Shown one piece after another: positions 7,477-17,878 of a DNA stretch of 35,701 nt. This DNA comes from Deferrisomatales bacterium. Lineage in GTDB: Bacteria; Desulfobacterota; Deferrisomatia; Deferrisomatales; JACRMM01. The number at the start of each line of letters is the position of its first letter. Position 1 is the first letter of the stretch. The stretch lies in contig JAWSUI010000040.1 in the NCBI GenBank assembly GCA_033551855.1, forward strand, positions 1 through 35,701, written 5' to 3'. Both the position numbers and the translations under genes were made by a program. The notes below the pieces were generated by a model. It worked only from the letters and a program-made list of their open reading frames with translations. It was not told the DNA's origin and searched no databases.

Positions 7477-8016
7477 ATGGCGAAATGGATGCTCGACCCG
7501 GAACACACCTCGGCCACGTTCGAGGTCCGCCACATGATGGTCACCTGGGTGACCGGCCGATTCGATCGGATCACCGGCACACTCCTGTTCGATCCGACGG
7601 ACGTCGGGGCCTCGTCGGTCGCGGTGGAGATCGACGCGTCGTCGATCTCCACCGGCGTCGACCGGCGCGACGAGGATCTGCGGAGCGACAACTATCTGGA
7701 CGTGAAGCGATTCCCGGCGATCACCTTCCGCAGCACCGGTGTCGAGTCCGCCGGGCTGGACCACTGCCAGGTGCACGGCGACCTCACCATCCACGGCGTC
7801 ACGAGGCCCGTCCTCCTGGACGTGCGCTTCTGTGGGCCCTCTCACTTTCAGGACGACGACCGCCGGTACACGACCTACGGGTTTCGCGCCAAGACCCAGA
7901 TCAACCGAGAGGACTTCGGCATCCGGTCCAACCTGGAGATCGAGAACGGAGGCTTCATGGTGGGAAAGCACCTCTTCCTCACCATCGACGCGGAAGCGGA
8001 CTTGCTGGACGACTGA
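7477..8016 (+). CDS. YceI family protein (no signal peptide)
   Basis: WMLDPEHTSATFEVRHMMVTWVTGRF, SISTGVDRRDEDLRS, GDLTIHGVTRPV, INREDFGI. Confidence 0.92.
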   Translation: MAKWMLDPEHTSATFEVRHMMVTWVTGRFDRITGTLLFDPTDVGASSVAVEIDASSISTGVDRRDEDLRSDNYLDVKRFPAITFRSTGVESAGLDHCQVHGDLTIHGVTRPVLLDVRFCGPSHFQDDDRRYTTYGFRAKTQINREDFGIRSNLEIENGGFMVGKHLFLTIDAEADLLDD

Positions 8017-8086
8017 CCACACCGGCGCTCCGAAGGGTTGGACCGGGCGGAGACAGGGCGATGCCCTCCTGGGCCGGAGGGAGCAG

Positions 8087-9292
8087 ATGCCGTCTCCCCG
8101 CGACGTGCACACCCTGTACGCGACCGCCTTCCTGAGGGCCCTGTCCGTCGGCATGGTCGGGGTGCTCCTGGGCATCTACCTGGCGAAGCTCGACTTCGGC
8201 GCGGCGCAGATCGGGTTGGTGGTGAGCACGGGCTTGGCGGGGGCGGCCCTGGCCACCCTGCTCGTGACCCTCTGGGGAGACCGCGCCGGGCGCCGCCGGG
8301 TCCTCTTCCATCTGGCGGTGTTGGCGGCAGCCGGTACCCTGGCCGCGGCCCTGGTGTCAGGGCAGGCGGCGATGGCCGCCGCCGCGTTTCTCGGCATGCT
8401 CAACGGCATGGGGCGGGACCGGGGGGCTGCTCTGGCGCTGGAGCAGGCGATCCTGCCCGGAGCCTCGGGAGAGCAGGGAAGGACCCGGGCGTTCGCCTGG
8501 TACAATGTCCTGCAGGACGCCGGGCACGCCCTGGGGAGCCTGCTCGCGGGGGTGCCGGCGGTGCTGGGGGCTGCGCTTCCCCTGGGGGAGACCGCCCCGT
8601 TTCGGATCGCCGTCGGCCTGGCCGGCTTCCTGGTGCTGGCGAGCGGGCTGTTGTACCTGCGTCTCTCCCCGGCGGCGGAGGCCCCCCGAGGCCGCCCGCG
8701 CCCGGTTCTCAGCGCCCAGAGCCGGCGGATCCTGGGCCGGATCTCCGCGCTCTTCGCCGTGGATGCCCTGGCGGGCGGCTTCCTCGTCACGGCCCTGCTT
8801 TCGTATTTCTTCTTCGAGCGGTTCGGGGCGACCCCGGGGGTCGTGGCGGCGCTCTTCTTCGCCGCGCGCCTCCTCAACGCCGTGTCCCATCTGGGCGCCG
8901 TGTGGCTCGCTCGGCGCATCGGGCTGGTGAACACCATGGTGTTCACCCACATCCCTTCGAGCCTGCTCTTGATGACCGTCCCCTTCGCGCCCAGTTTCGG
9001 TGTGGCGGCGGTCCTGTTCCTGCTTCGCGAAGGGTTGGTGGAGATGGATGTGCCCACGCGGCAGTCCTACGTCATGGCGGTGGTCCGCCCCGAGGAACGC
9101 ACCGTGGCGTCCGGCGTCACCCACCTGGTGCGCGTGGGCGCTTGGGCCGTCGCGCCGCTCCTCGCCGGCGCCCTGATGCAGGGGGTCTCCCTGGGCGTCC
9201 CGCTGGTGATCGGGTCTGGGATGAAGGTTGCGTACGACCTGCTCCTCTGGGGTTCCTTTCGCCGGATCAAGCCGCCCGAGGAGGGGGGATAG
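8087..9292 (+). CDS. MFS transporter
   Basis: About 12 hydrophobic segments, motif A-like GDRAGRRR, RRIGLVNTMVFTHIPSS, EMDVPTRQSYVMAVVRPEER. Confidence 0.9.
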   Translation: MPSPRDVHTLYATAFLRALSVGMVGVLLGIYLAKLDFGAAQIGLVVSTGLAGAALATLLVTLWGDRAGRRRVLFHLAVLAAAGTLAAALVSGQAAMAAAAFLGMLNGMGRDRGAALALEQAILPGASGEQGRTRAFAWYNVLQDAGHALGSLLAGVPAVLGAALPLGETAPFRIAVGLAGFLVLASGLLYLRLSPAAEAPRGRPRPVLSAQSRRILGRISALFAVDALAGGFLVTALLSYFFFERFGATPGVVAALFFAARLLNAVSHLGAVWLARRIGLVNTMVFTHIPSSLLLMTVPFAPSFGVAAVLFLLREGLVEMDVPTRQSYVMAVVRPEERTVASGVTHLVRVGAWAVAPLLAGALMQGVSLGVPLVIGSGMKVAYDLLLWGSFRRIKPPEEGG

Positions 9293-9310
9293 GCGGCGCC
9301 GGGGCGCCCG

Positions 9311-9670
9311 TCACCGTCGCCCCTCGGCCCCGGCCTGGCAGGTGAGGCAAAAGGGGGTCTCGGGGCGGGCCTTGAGCCTCCGGTAGCCGATCGGCTCCTC
9401 GCACATGCGGCAGTGGCCGTAGTCCCCCGCATCGAGAGCGGCCTGCGCGACGCCCACCTGCCGCAGGCGAAGCTCCAGTGCCTCGAGGCTCGCCCGGGCC
9501 ATCTGCTGCTGCTGGAGGGCGTCGATCCGCGACACGCGGCCGATGGGGAGACCCAGGTCGACGGGTTTGGCGCCTTCCCGGGCCGTGGCCAGAATCCCCT
9601 CCAGCTCTTGGCGCAGCGCGGCGAGGTCCCGGCGGAGCTCCTCGGTTTGGTCCTCGGTCAGCTCTTCCAC
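9311..9670 (-). CDS. DksA/TraR family C4 zinc-finger protein
   Basis: IGRVSRIDALQQQQM coiled-coil tip and YGHCRMCEEPIGYRRLKARPETPFCLTCQ. GTG start at 9670. Confidence 0.9.
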   Translation of the reverse strand: MEELTEDQTEELRRDLAALRQELEGILATAREGAKPVDLGLPIGRVSRIDALQQQQMARASLEALELRLRQVGVAQAALDAGDYGHCRMCEEPIGYRRLKARPETPFCLTCQAGAEGRR

Positions 9671-9985
9671 GGTTTGCCCCTGTGGCCTTTCGTGTGCGAT
9701 GCACGCGAAAGGAGATGCGGTGTCCGCCAACCGTGTCCACCCCAACAGGGGCCGGCTGGGGAGCGTTCTTGGGAGTGCACTGCCGTCTGCACGATGCTCT
9801 GGGCACGATGCCGCCTGCAGGGTACCACGGAGCCCGTCCGTCAGAAGGGCTTTTGCCCGTCGACCGCGGGCCTGTTATAACGGCTGTCCCGCCGGGGCGG
9901 CGGCCGGGACCCGGTTGCCGGCGAACCGGGAGGCTTCGTCGGCCGCACCCTGGTCCGGGGAGCTGGACGGATGATTCTTGGTCCA

Positions 9986-10158
9986 TCCGGGAAATGACCG
10001 GGTCCTCGTGTCCAGGGACGACCGGGTGGGCCCGGCCACTCGACGGGAGCCGCCGTTTCGGGAGCCGCGATGCCGCCAGGATTCCGGATGCGGCCCGGGA
10101 GCGCACCTACCGTACCGTCCGGCATCGTCCGCCGGAGGGGGCGGGCCCACCCGGTCGT
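9986..10158 (-). repeat. Dispersed intergenic repeat, copy B, with internal 17-bp perfect inverted repeat
   Basis: Homologous to 3511-3697. acgaccgggtgggcccg (10018-10034) is the exact reverse complement of 10142-10158. Confidence 0.7.
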
Positions 10159-10209
10159 TTACCGGAAGAACCTGAGTCTTGAACCTTCCCATGACCGGGA
10201 GCCGGGGCC

Positions 10210-11871
10210 TTGATCGAGGTCGAACTTCTCCGCCAACTCGGGCTGATCCTCCTCGCGGCGGCCGGGGCGCTGCTTCTGGCCCGGCTCGTGCGCGTCCCCT
10301 CCATCGTCGCCTACCTCGTGGCGGGGGTCGCCCTGGGGCCGGCGACCGGCCTCTTGCCGGTCTCCGGGCCGCTGGACCTCATCGCCCACGTGGGGATCGC
10401 CCTACTCCTCTTCCTGGTGGGGCTCGAGCTCAGCCTGGACAAGATCCGCGACTTGGGGAAGGTGGCGGTGGTGGCCGGGCTCGGGCAGGTTGGCTTTACC
10501 GCAGTAGGCGGGTTCGCACTGGCGTGGGCCCTGGGCTTCTCCCCCATGGAAGCCCTGTTCCTCGGCGTGGCCCTCACCTTCAGCAGCACGGTCGTGGTGG
10601 TCAAGCTCCTGGACCAGAAACGGGAGCTCGACACGCTGTACGGCCGGATCTCGGTGGGGATCTTCCTGGTGCAGGACCTGGTGGTGATCGTGTTCCTCAC
10701 CCTGCTCGCCGGTCTCGGGCGCCACGAGCAGGCCGACCCGCTGGTGATCGCCTCCGGCGTTCTCCTCGCCTTCGGGGGCATGGCGGTCCTCTTGGTCACT
10801 GCGCTCTTGGCCTCGCGCCACGTGCTGCCGCGCCTCTTCGGGTGGGCCGCCTCCTCTTCTCAGACCTTGTTCGTGTGGAGCCTGGCGTGGTGCTTCCTGT
10901 TCGTCGTCGCGGCCGAGAAGCTCCAGCTTTCCCTGGAGATCGGCGCCTTCCTCGCCGGCATCAGCTTGGCCCAGCTTCCGTACAACCACGACTTGCGGCG
11001 GCGGGTCCACCCGCTCATGAACTTCTTCATCGCCGTCTTCTTCGTCACCCTGGGGGCCCGCATGGAGATGGCGGCCGTCCTCGGCCACTGGCCTGCGGCG
11101 GGGGTTCTGGCGCTGTTCGTGCTGATCGGCAACCCCTTCATTTTTCTATGGATCATTGCCCGGATGGGCTACGGCGAGCGCACGGCCTTCCTGACCAGCG
11201 TGACCGTGGCCCAGATCAGCGAGTTCTCCTTCATCTTCGCCGGCATGGGCCTCGCCTCCGGGTTGATCGACGAGGCGGTGCTGGCGGTGGTGACGGCGGT
11301 CGGGTTCGCCACCATCGCCGCGTCGGCCTTCATGATCCTCTACAACCACTCTCTCTACACGTGGGTTAAGAGGATGGGACTGCTGCGTCCGTTCCGCGCC
11401 CGCCAGGAGACGCCGGAGGAGGCGGTCCGGACCGTGGGAGGCCCCTCCGGGCACGTCATCGTGGTGGGGATGAACGCGCTGGGTCGCCGCCTGGTGGAGG
11501 CGCTGTGCAGCCGCGGGGTGCCGGTAGTGGCCGTGGACACCGACCCGGCAAAGCTCGCCGGCCTGCCCTGCCCCGGCCTGATGGGAGACACCGAGTACGC
11601 CGGCGTGCTGGAGGAGGCCGGCCTGGCCAAGGCGCGCCTTCTGATCTCGGCCCTGAAGATCGAGGATGCCAACAACCTGCTCGCCTACCGCAGTCACCGG
11701 GCGGGGGTGCCGGCGGCCATCCACCTCTTCGACGCTTCGGTGCGCGGGGACCTCCAGGAGTTGGGGGTCGAGTTCCCCATGAGCTCCAAGGGCTCGGGGC
11801 TCAAGCGCGTTCTGGGCGCGCTGGAAAAAGAAGGAGTGCTCCGGCCGTGGTCGGAATCGCCGTCCTCCTGA
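10210..11871 (+). CDS. CPA2 cation:proton antiporter with C-terminal TrkA-N/RCK domain (KefB/KefC-like)
   Basis: GIALLLFLVGLELS, FSSTVVVVKLL, GIFLVQD, EIGAFLAG, AQISEFS; RCK domain GHVIVVGMNALG. Confidence 0.92.
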   Translation: MIEVELLRQLGLILLAAAGALLLARLVRVPSIVAYLVAGVALGPATGLLPVSGPLDLIAHVGIALLLFLVGLELSLDKIRDLGKVAVVAGLGQVGFTAVGGFALAWALGFSPMEALFLGVALTFSSTVVVVKLLDQKRELDTLYGRISVGIFLVQDLVVIVFLTLLAGLGRHEQADPLVIASGVLLAFGGMAVLLVTALLASRHVLPRLFGWAASSSQTLFVWSLAWCFLFVVAAEKLQLSLEIGAFLAGISLAQLPYNHDLRRRVHPLMNFFIAVFFVTLGARMEMAAVLGHWPAAGVLALFVLIGNPFIFLWIIARMGYGERTAFLTSVTVAQISEFSFIFAGMGLASGLIDEAVLAVVTAVGFATIAASAFMILYNHSLYTWVKRMGLLRPFRARQETPEEAVRTVGGPSGHVIVVGMNALGRRLVEALCSRGVPVVAVDTDPAKLAGLPCPGLMGDTEYAGVLEEAGLAKARLLISALKIEDANNLLAYRSHRAGVPAAIHLFDASVRGDLQELGVEFPMSSKGSGLKRVLGALEKEGVLRPWSESPSS

Positions 11872-13406
11872 TCGCAGCTTCCGCCGGCTTCACCCTGTCC
11901 CGGTGGCTGAGGGTCCCGGTCCTGCCCATGCTGCTGGTGGCAGGCTTCGCCCTCTCCGCGGCCGGCCTGCTCCCGGAGGAGAACTTGGCCGAGACGGTGG
12001 TGCTGGGGGTCACCTTCCTCCTCTTCGTCACCGGCATCGAGCTCAACTTCGATCGGGTCCGCCACCAGAAGAGGGCGGCGCTCTGGGTGGGGATCCTGCA
12101 GTTCCTGGTCCTGGGGGCGGCCGGTTGGGGGGCGGGATGGGCCCTGGGCTACCCCCCGGAGTCCTTGCTGTACCTGGCGCTGGCGTTGAGCGCGAGCTCC
12201 ACCCTGGTCGTGGTCCAGCTTCTCCAGAGCCGCCAACAGCTCTTCGAGCCCTTCGGCCGGCTGGTGGTGGGCGTGCTCCTGATCCAGGATCTGCTGGTGG
12301 TGGTGCTGATTCCGGTACTGCTGCGACTCCCCGGGGGGGCGGCGGACGTGGCCGTGGGTGTGGGCGGGGTGGGCCTGCTGATGGCCCTCACCTGGGTGTG
12401 CCGGAGCCGGCTCTTCCCCCGCGCCCTCCTGGCCGTTCAGGAGGACGGCGAGACCTTGCTGGTCCTGATGCTCGCCGGCCTGTTCGTCTACCTCGGCATC
12501 GCCGACTTCCTGGGCCTTCCCCTCATGGTCGGCGCTTTCCTCGCCGGCCTCGCCTTCTCGAGCTTCCCGTTGAGCGGGGTCTTGCGCGCCCAGCTGCGTT
12601 CCGTCTCGGACTTCTTCCTCGCGGTCCTGTTCACCACCTTGGGGGGGCTGGTGGCGTTGCCCTCTCTGCGGGAGGCGACCGGCGCGCTGGTCCTGGCCCT
12701 GGTGGTGATCGTCCTGACGCCCCTCATCGTGACCCTGATCGCCGAGCGCTTCGGCCTGGCCACGCGGTCCGCGATCGAGAGCGGCCTGCTCCTGTCCCAG
12801 ACCAGCGAGCTGTCCTTGGTGGTGGGCATCCAGGCCCTGGCCGAGGCACGGATCGGCGAGCAGCTCTTCTCGACCATCGTCCTGGTCACCGCCCTGACCA
12901 TGACCCTCACCCCCCTGCTCGCCACCGACCGCATGAGCCGATGGCTGATGCACCTCCACCCGCTGCGCCACCGCCCCCGCCTGGAACGCCCGATGCGCGG
13001 GCACGTGCTCCTTCTCGGATGCGGGGAGTCCGGCATGGTCCTCGTCGAGACCTTCCTCGTGTTCGGCCATGAAGTGCTCGTGATCGACGACGATCCGGTG
13101 GTGATCAGGGGGCTGCAGGAGGCGGAGGTGCCCTGCCTGCGGGGGGACGCCTCCGACCTCGAGCTGCTGGAGACGGCGGGGGCTCGCCGGGCGTCGGTGA
13201 TCGTCTCCACGCTGCGCCGCGCTCGGGACAACGAGACGCTCCTGCGCCACGCCGCCGGGGTTCCCACTCTGGTGCGGGTGTTCGACGACTCCGAGGCGGA
13301 GGCGGTGCACGCCCTGGGGGGCACGCCCGTCGTCCTCGCCGATGCCACCGCGGACGACCTGCTGGCGACGCTCGAACAGGAGGGGCTCCTGGGACGCACC
13401 GGCTGA
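11847..13406 (+). CDS. Second CPA2 cation:proton antiporter with RCK domain
   Basis: FLLFVTGIELN, SSTLVVVQLL, GVLLIQD, GAFLAG, SQTSELS; RCK domain GHVLLLGCGESG. GTG 11847 follows AGGAG and overlaps the upstream gene. Confidence 0.9.
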   Translation: MVGIAVLLIAASAGFTLSRWLRVPVLPMLLVAGFALSAAGLLPEENLAETVVLGVTFLLFVTGIELNFDRVRHQKRAALWVGILQFLVLGAAGWGAGWALGYPPESLLYLALALSASSTLVVVQLLQSRQQLFEPFGRLVVGVLLIQDLLVVVLIPVLLRLPGGAADVAVGVGGVGLLMALTWVCRSRLFPRALLAVQEDGETLLVLMLAGLFVYLGIADFLGLPLMVGAFLAGLAFSSFPLSGVLRAQLRSVSDFFLAVLFTTLGGLVALPSLREATGALVLALVVIVLTPLIVTLIAERFGLATRSAIESGLLLSQTSELSLVVGIQALAEARIGEQLFSTIVLVTALTMTLTPLLATDRMSRWLMHLHPLRHRPRLERPMRGHVLLLGCGESGMVLVETFLVFGHEVLVIDDDPVVIRGLQEAEVPCLRGDASDLELLETAGARRASVIVSTLRRARDNETLLRHAAGVPTLVRVFDDSEAEAVHALGGTPVVLADATADDLLATLEQEGLLGRTG

Positions 13407-13503
13407 CGGCGTGTGTCGAGGGGCATCGGGACTCCGCTTGCCGACCAGCCCGTGGATCCAGGGGCACCGGAGACCTTGCCCTGGGGCCGGCTGCCAGCTA
13501 TCC

Positions 13504-13519
13504 TGAACAGGACTGTTCA
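13504..13519. promoter_or_regulatory. Palindromic operator candidate for TA autoregulation
   Basis: tgaacag-ga-ctgttca inverted repeat about 30 nt upstream of the antitoxin start. Confidence 0.5.
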
Positions 13520-13546
13520 TCTGGTCTGTTGAGATGGAGCATGGCC

Positions 13547-13792
13547 ATGCCGATCCAGGTTGGAGCCTTCGAGGCCAAGACCCACCTCTCGCGACTGCTG
13601 GCAGCGGTGGAACGGGGTGATCGGGTGACCATCACGAGGCGGGGGAAGCCCGTCGCGGTCCTGGTTCCTCCCGAGGCGGCGGCGGAGGGGGACTTTTCGG
13701 AACTGGTGGAGCAGTTCTCCGAGCTTCGCGACCGCACTGGCACGGGGCCGGATTCGATCCGGATGCTTCGGGAGGAAGGTCGCAGGTGGTAG
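13547..13792 (+). CDS. Phd/YefM family antitoxin
   Basis: VGAFEAKTHLSRLLAAVERGDRVTITRRGKPVAVLVP. Confidence 0.93.
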   Translation: MPIQVGAFEAKTHLSRLLAAVERGDRVTITRRGKPVAVLVPPEAAAEGDFSELVEQFSELRDRTGTGPDSIRMLREEGRRW

Positions 13793-14202
13793 ACGGACCG
13801 GTCGTCGATGCATCGGTGTCGGCGGCGTGGTGTCTCAAGGACGAGACCAATGCCGCGGCGGATTCGGTGCTGATGTCTCTCGCGGGCGGTGGGGTGGTCC
13901 CTGCCCTGTGGGTCTGCGAGATGGGGAACATCCTCGTGACGGCCGAGAGGAGGGGCAGAATCAGCTCGGCCGATGGCAGGCGGGCTGTTGAGCTGCTGGG
14001 ACGACTCCCGCTGCGCATCGACCCCGCGACTGTGGACACCATGCGACGGGTGCAAACGACGGCCCGAGAGTATGGAATCACGGCCTATGACGCCAGCTAC
14101 CTGGAACTGGCCGTTCGATCCGGACAGGCGCTGGCCACCTTCGATGCCGACCTTGCCCATGCGGCGCGGCGGGCCGGCGTCCGCCTCATGCCGGCCGGCT
14201 GA
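13786..14202 (+). CDS. vapC: VapC (PIN domain) toxin
   Basis: VVDASV...VPALWVCEMGN...ITAYDASYLELA...LATFDADL; overlaps the antitoxin stop. Confidence 0.92.
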   Translation: MVDGPVVDASVSAAWCLKDETNAAADSVLMSLAGGGVVPALWVCEMGNILVTAERRGRISSADGRRAVELLGRLPLRIDPATVDTMRRVQTTAREYGITAYDASYLELAVRSGQALATFDADLAHAARRAGVRLMPAG

Positions 14203-14305
14203 CCTGGTGTGAGTCGGGGGGCTCCCTGCTGCTTCTTCTGCCGTATTGCCTCGTCAGATCCCCTTCCGCGCAAGTTGCCTCGGCACGGCGGTCTCCGCAT
14301 TGCTC

Positions 14306-14366
14306 TATTGGACCGGCGTGCAACTTTGACCCAGATCGAGGCGCGATCGGCGCCCAACCGTGACCC
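14306..14366 (+). mobile_element. Possible solo IS21-family end remnant
   Basis: tattggaccggcgtgcaactttgaccc followed 34 nt later by tcggcgcccaaccgtgaccc. Tandem imperfect repeats resemble IS21 transposase-binding ends. No transposase nearby. Confidence 0.35.
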
Positions 14367-14483
14367 GTCTCACAACCTGGGAACGGCAGCGGCGGCCAGG
14401 TTTCGGGGTACGGAGGTGGGTCTGTCTGCAGGCCGATCCTGGGTCGATCTTGAGTGGCGATCAACAACAGGTCGGCGCCGAGT

Positions 14484-15677
14484 CTACCTCCGCACCTGGT
14501 TTCGGCCGCCCTTCTTGGCCCGGTAGAGCGCGCGATCCGCCGCCTTGACCACTTGCTCCGCGCTCGCGGAGCGCGGAGCCCTCTCCGCGGCACCGATACT
14601 GACGGTCACCGGGATTTGCCGACGCCTGCCCGGTGTGCTCGTCGCCTTCCTCGGTTTTCGCTTGGTTCGCGACGCACCGCGCACCACAAAGCGGCTCGCC
14701 GCGACCGCCTCCCGGAGGCGCTCCAAGTGGGGTAGCGTCTCCGGGAGTCCCTTGCCCGGGAAGAGCACGGAGAACTCCTCGCCGCCGTAACGGTACGCCG
14801 TTCCCCCGCCGGTGACCCGAGCCAGTTGGGCCGCCACCCTCCGCAGCACCTCGTCCCCGGCGTCGTGCCCGTGCCGGTCGTTGACCTTCTTGAAGTGGTC
14901 GATATCGACCATGGCCACCGTGTAGTGACGACCCAACTGGGGAAGCCTCTCGTTCAAGGCCCGACGGCCGGGAAGCCCGGTGAGATCGTCCCGGAAGGCC
15001 ATGGCGTACGATGACTCTATGGCCGCCAGGACGAGGACCAGGGCAGCTGCCGTGAAGTAGAGCGTCGGCGTCCCCTCCCGGCCGTGGTGCGCGGTGGCAA
15101 TGGAGGCTGCGGCCAGCGCCCAAAAGAACCCTGCGTCGAGAGGAGTTAGACGGCGTCCAAAGGGGCAGAGCAGGACGACGGCTGCAGTGACGTGGGTCGC
15201 GAACGCCGCCTGGTGGTGCGGGAGCGCGCCAAGCCAGTGCCAAGGGACAAAGGAGCGCTCGAGCCAAGCCGCCGTCGCGAGGCCGTGGTAATGGTACAGC
15301 CACAGAAAGAGCACAAGAGGTGCGAGGAGGAAGCCAAACTGGGCAAGGCGCCGTAGGTTGGAAGGCGAGGTGCCGCTCGTCCGGGCCAGCAGGGCAAAGA
15401 CCAGCGGCAGGGAGACCGAGATCGCGTTGGCCGCATATCGGCCCGAATCGCCGCCAGGAAAGCTCAGGAGGAGCCGATCCGCCACCGCCAGCGTGAGGAG
15501 GGCGACGATCAGGCCGGTGCGCCGGAACCGCCAGCCGAGGAAGATACCCAGGGACAGAATCACGGGGGGCGCGTAGGCCAGGTGGGCCTTGAGTGTTGGC
15601 GCCTCAGGTAGGTTTCGGGCAGCGAGCAGCACGCCAATGAGGACGAGGCCGCCGGGCATGAGGAATGGGTGGAGCAT
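14484..15677 (-). CDS. Membrane-bound diguanylate cyclase (GGDEF)
   Basis: Multi-TM N-terminus; AFRDDLTGLPGRR, MVDIDHFKKVNDRHGHDAGDEVL, RYGGEEF, VTVSIG, ADRALYRAKKGGRN. Confidence 0.93.
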   Translation of the reverse strand: MLHPFLMPGGLVLIGVLLAARNLPEAPTLKAHLAYAPPVILSLGIFLGWRFRRTGLIVALLTLAVADRLLLSFPGGDSGRYAANAISVSLPLVFALLARTSGTSPSNLRRLAQFGFLLAPLVLFLWLYHYHGLATAAWLERSFVPWHWLGALPHHQAAFATHVTAAVVLLCPFGRRLTPLDAGFFWALAAASIATAHHGREGTPTLYFTAAALVLVLAAIESSYAMAFRDDLTGLPGRRALNERLPQLGRHYTVAMVDIDHFKKVNDRHGHDAGDEVLRRVAAQLARVTGGGTAYRYGGEEFSVLFPGKGLPETLPHLERLREAVAASRFVVRGASRTKRKPRKATSTPGRRRQIPVTVSIGAAERAPRSASAEQVVKAADRALYRAKKGGRNQVRR

Positions 15678-15937
15678 GCTTCGCAGGGCTGCGCGCACGA
15701 GACAGACCCCTTCGTTTCGCGTGAGTGAGTGCCGTAGACCGCGCCGGTCGCGGGCGGCGCGTGCCCTATGGATCGGGCGAGAGAAGGGGTGACTTGAGAG
15801 GTGGGGTGTGGGGCGAGGTGCTGTGGCTTCCGGGTGAACCGGGCTTCCGTGAGGCTTTGAGCTTCACCTGTGACAACCTCCATTCAGGCTAGCGTGGAGG
15901 AAGGAGCCGTTTGGGGCTGGGTGCCCCCCGCGTGCCC

Positions 15938-17767
<1,830 letters not shown>

Positions 17768-17878
17768 GATGTCGTCCTCAGTCCTTTGCCCGGTGTCCGT
17801 TCAGGGTTGTCCGTTGGGGCGCCGATGGGACCGAATGGGACGGAAGGGACGAACGGAACCTCGAGCTCATCCCGCCCG

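Noticed and set aside
9750..10200. c-di-AMP/Na+/Li+ riboswitch or 6S RNA upstream of the antiporters
   Set aside because: Consensus motifs not recognisable; the structure is better explained by the dispersed repeat.
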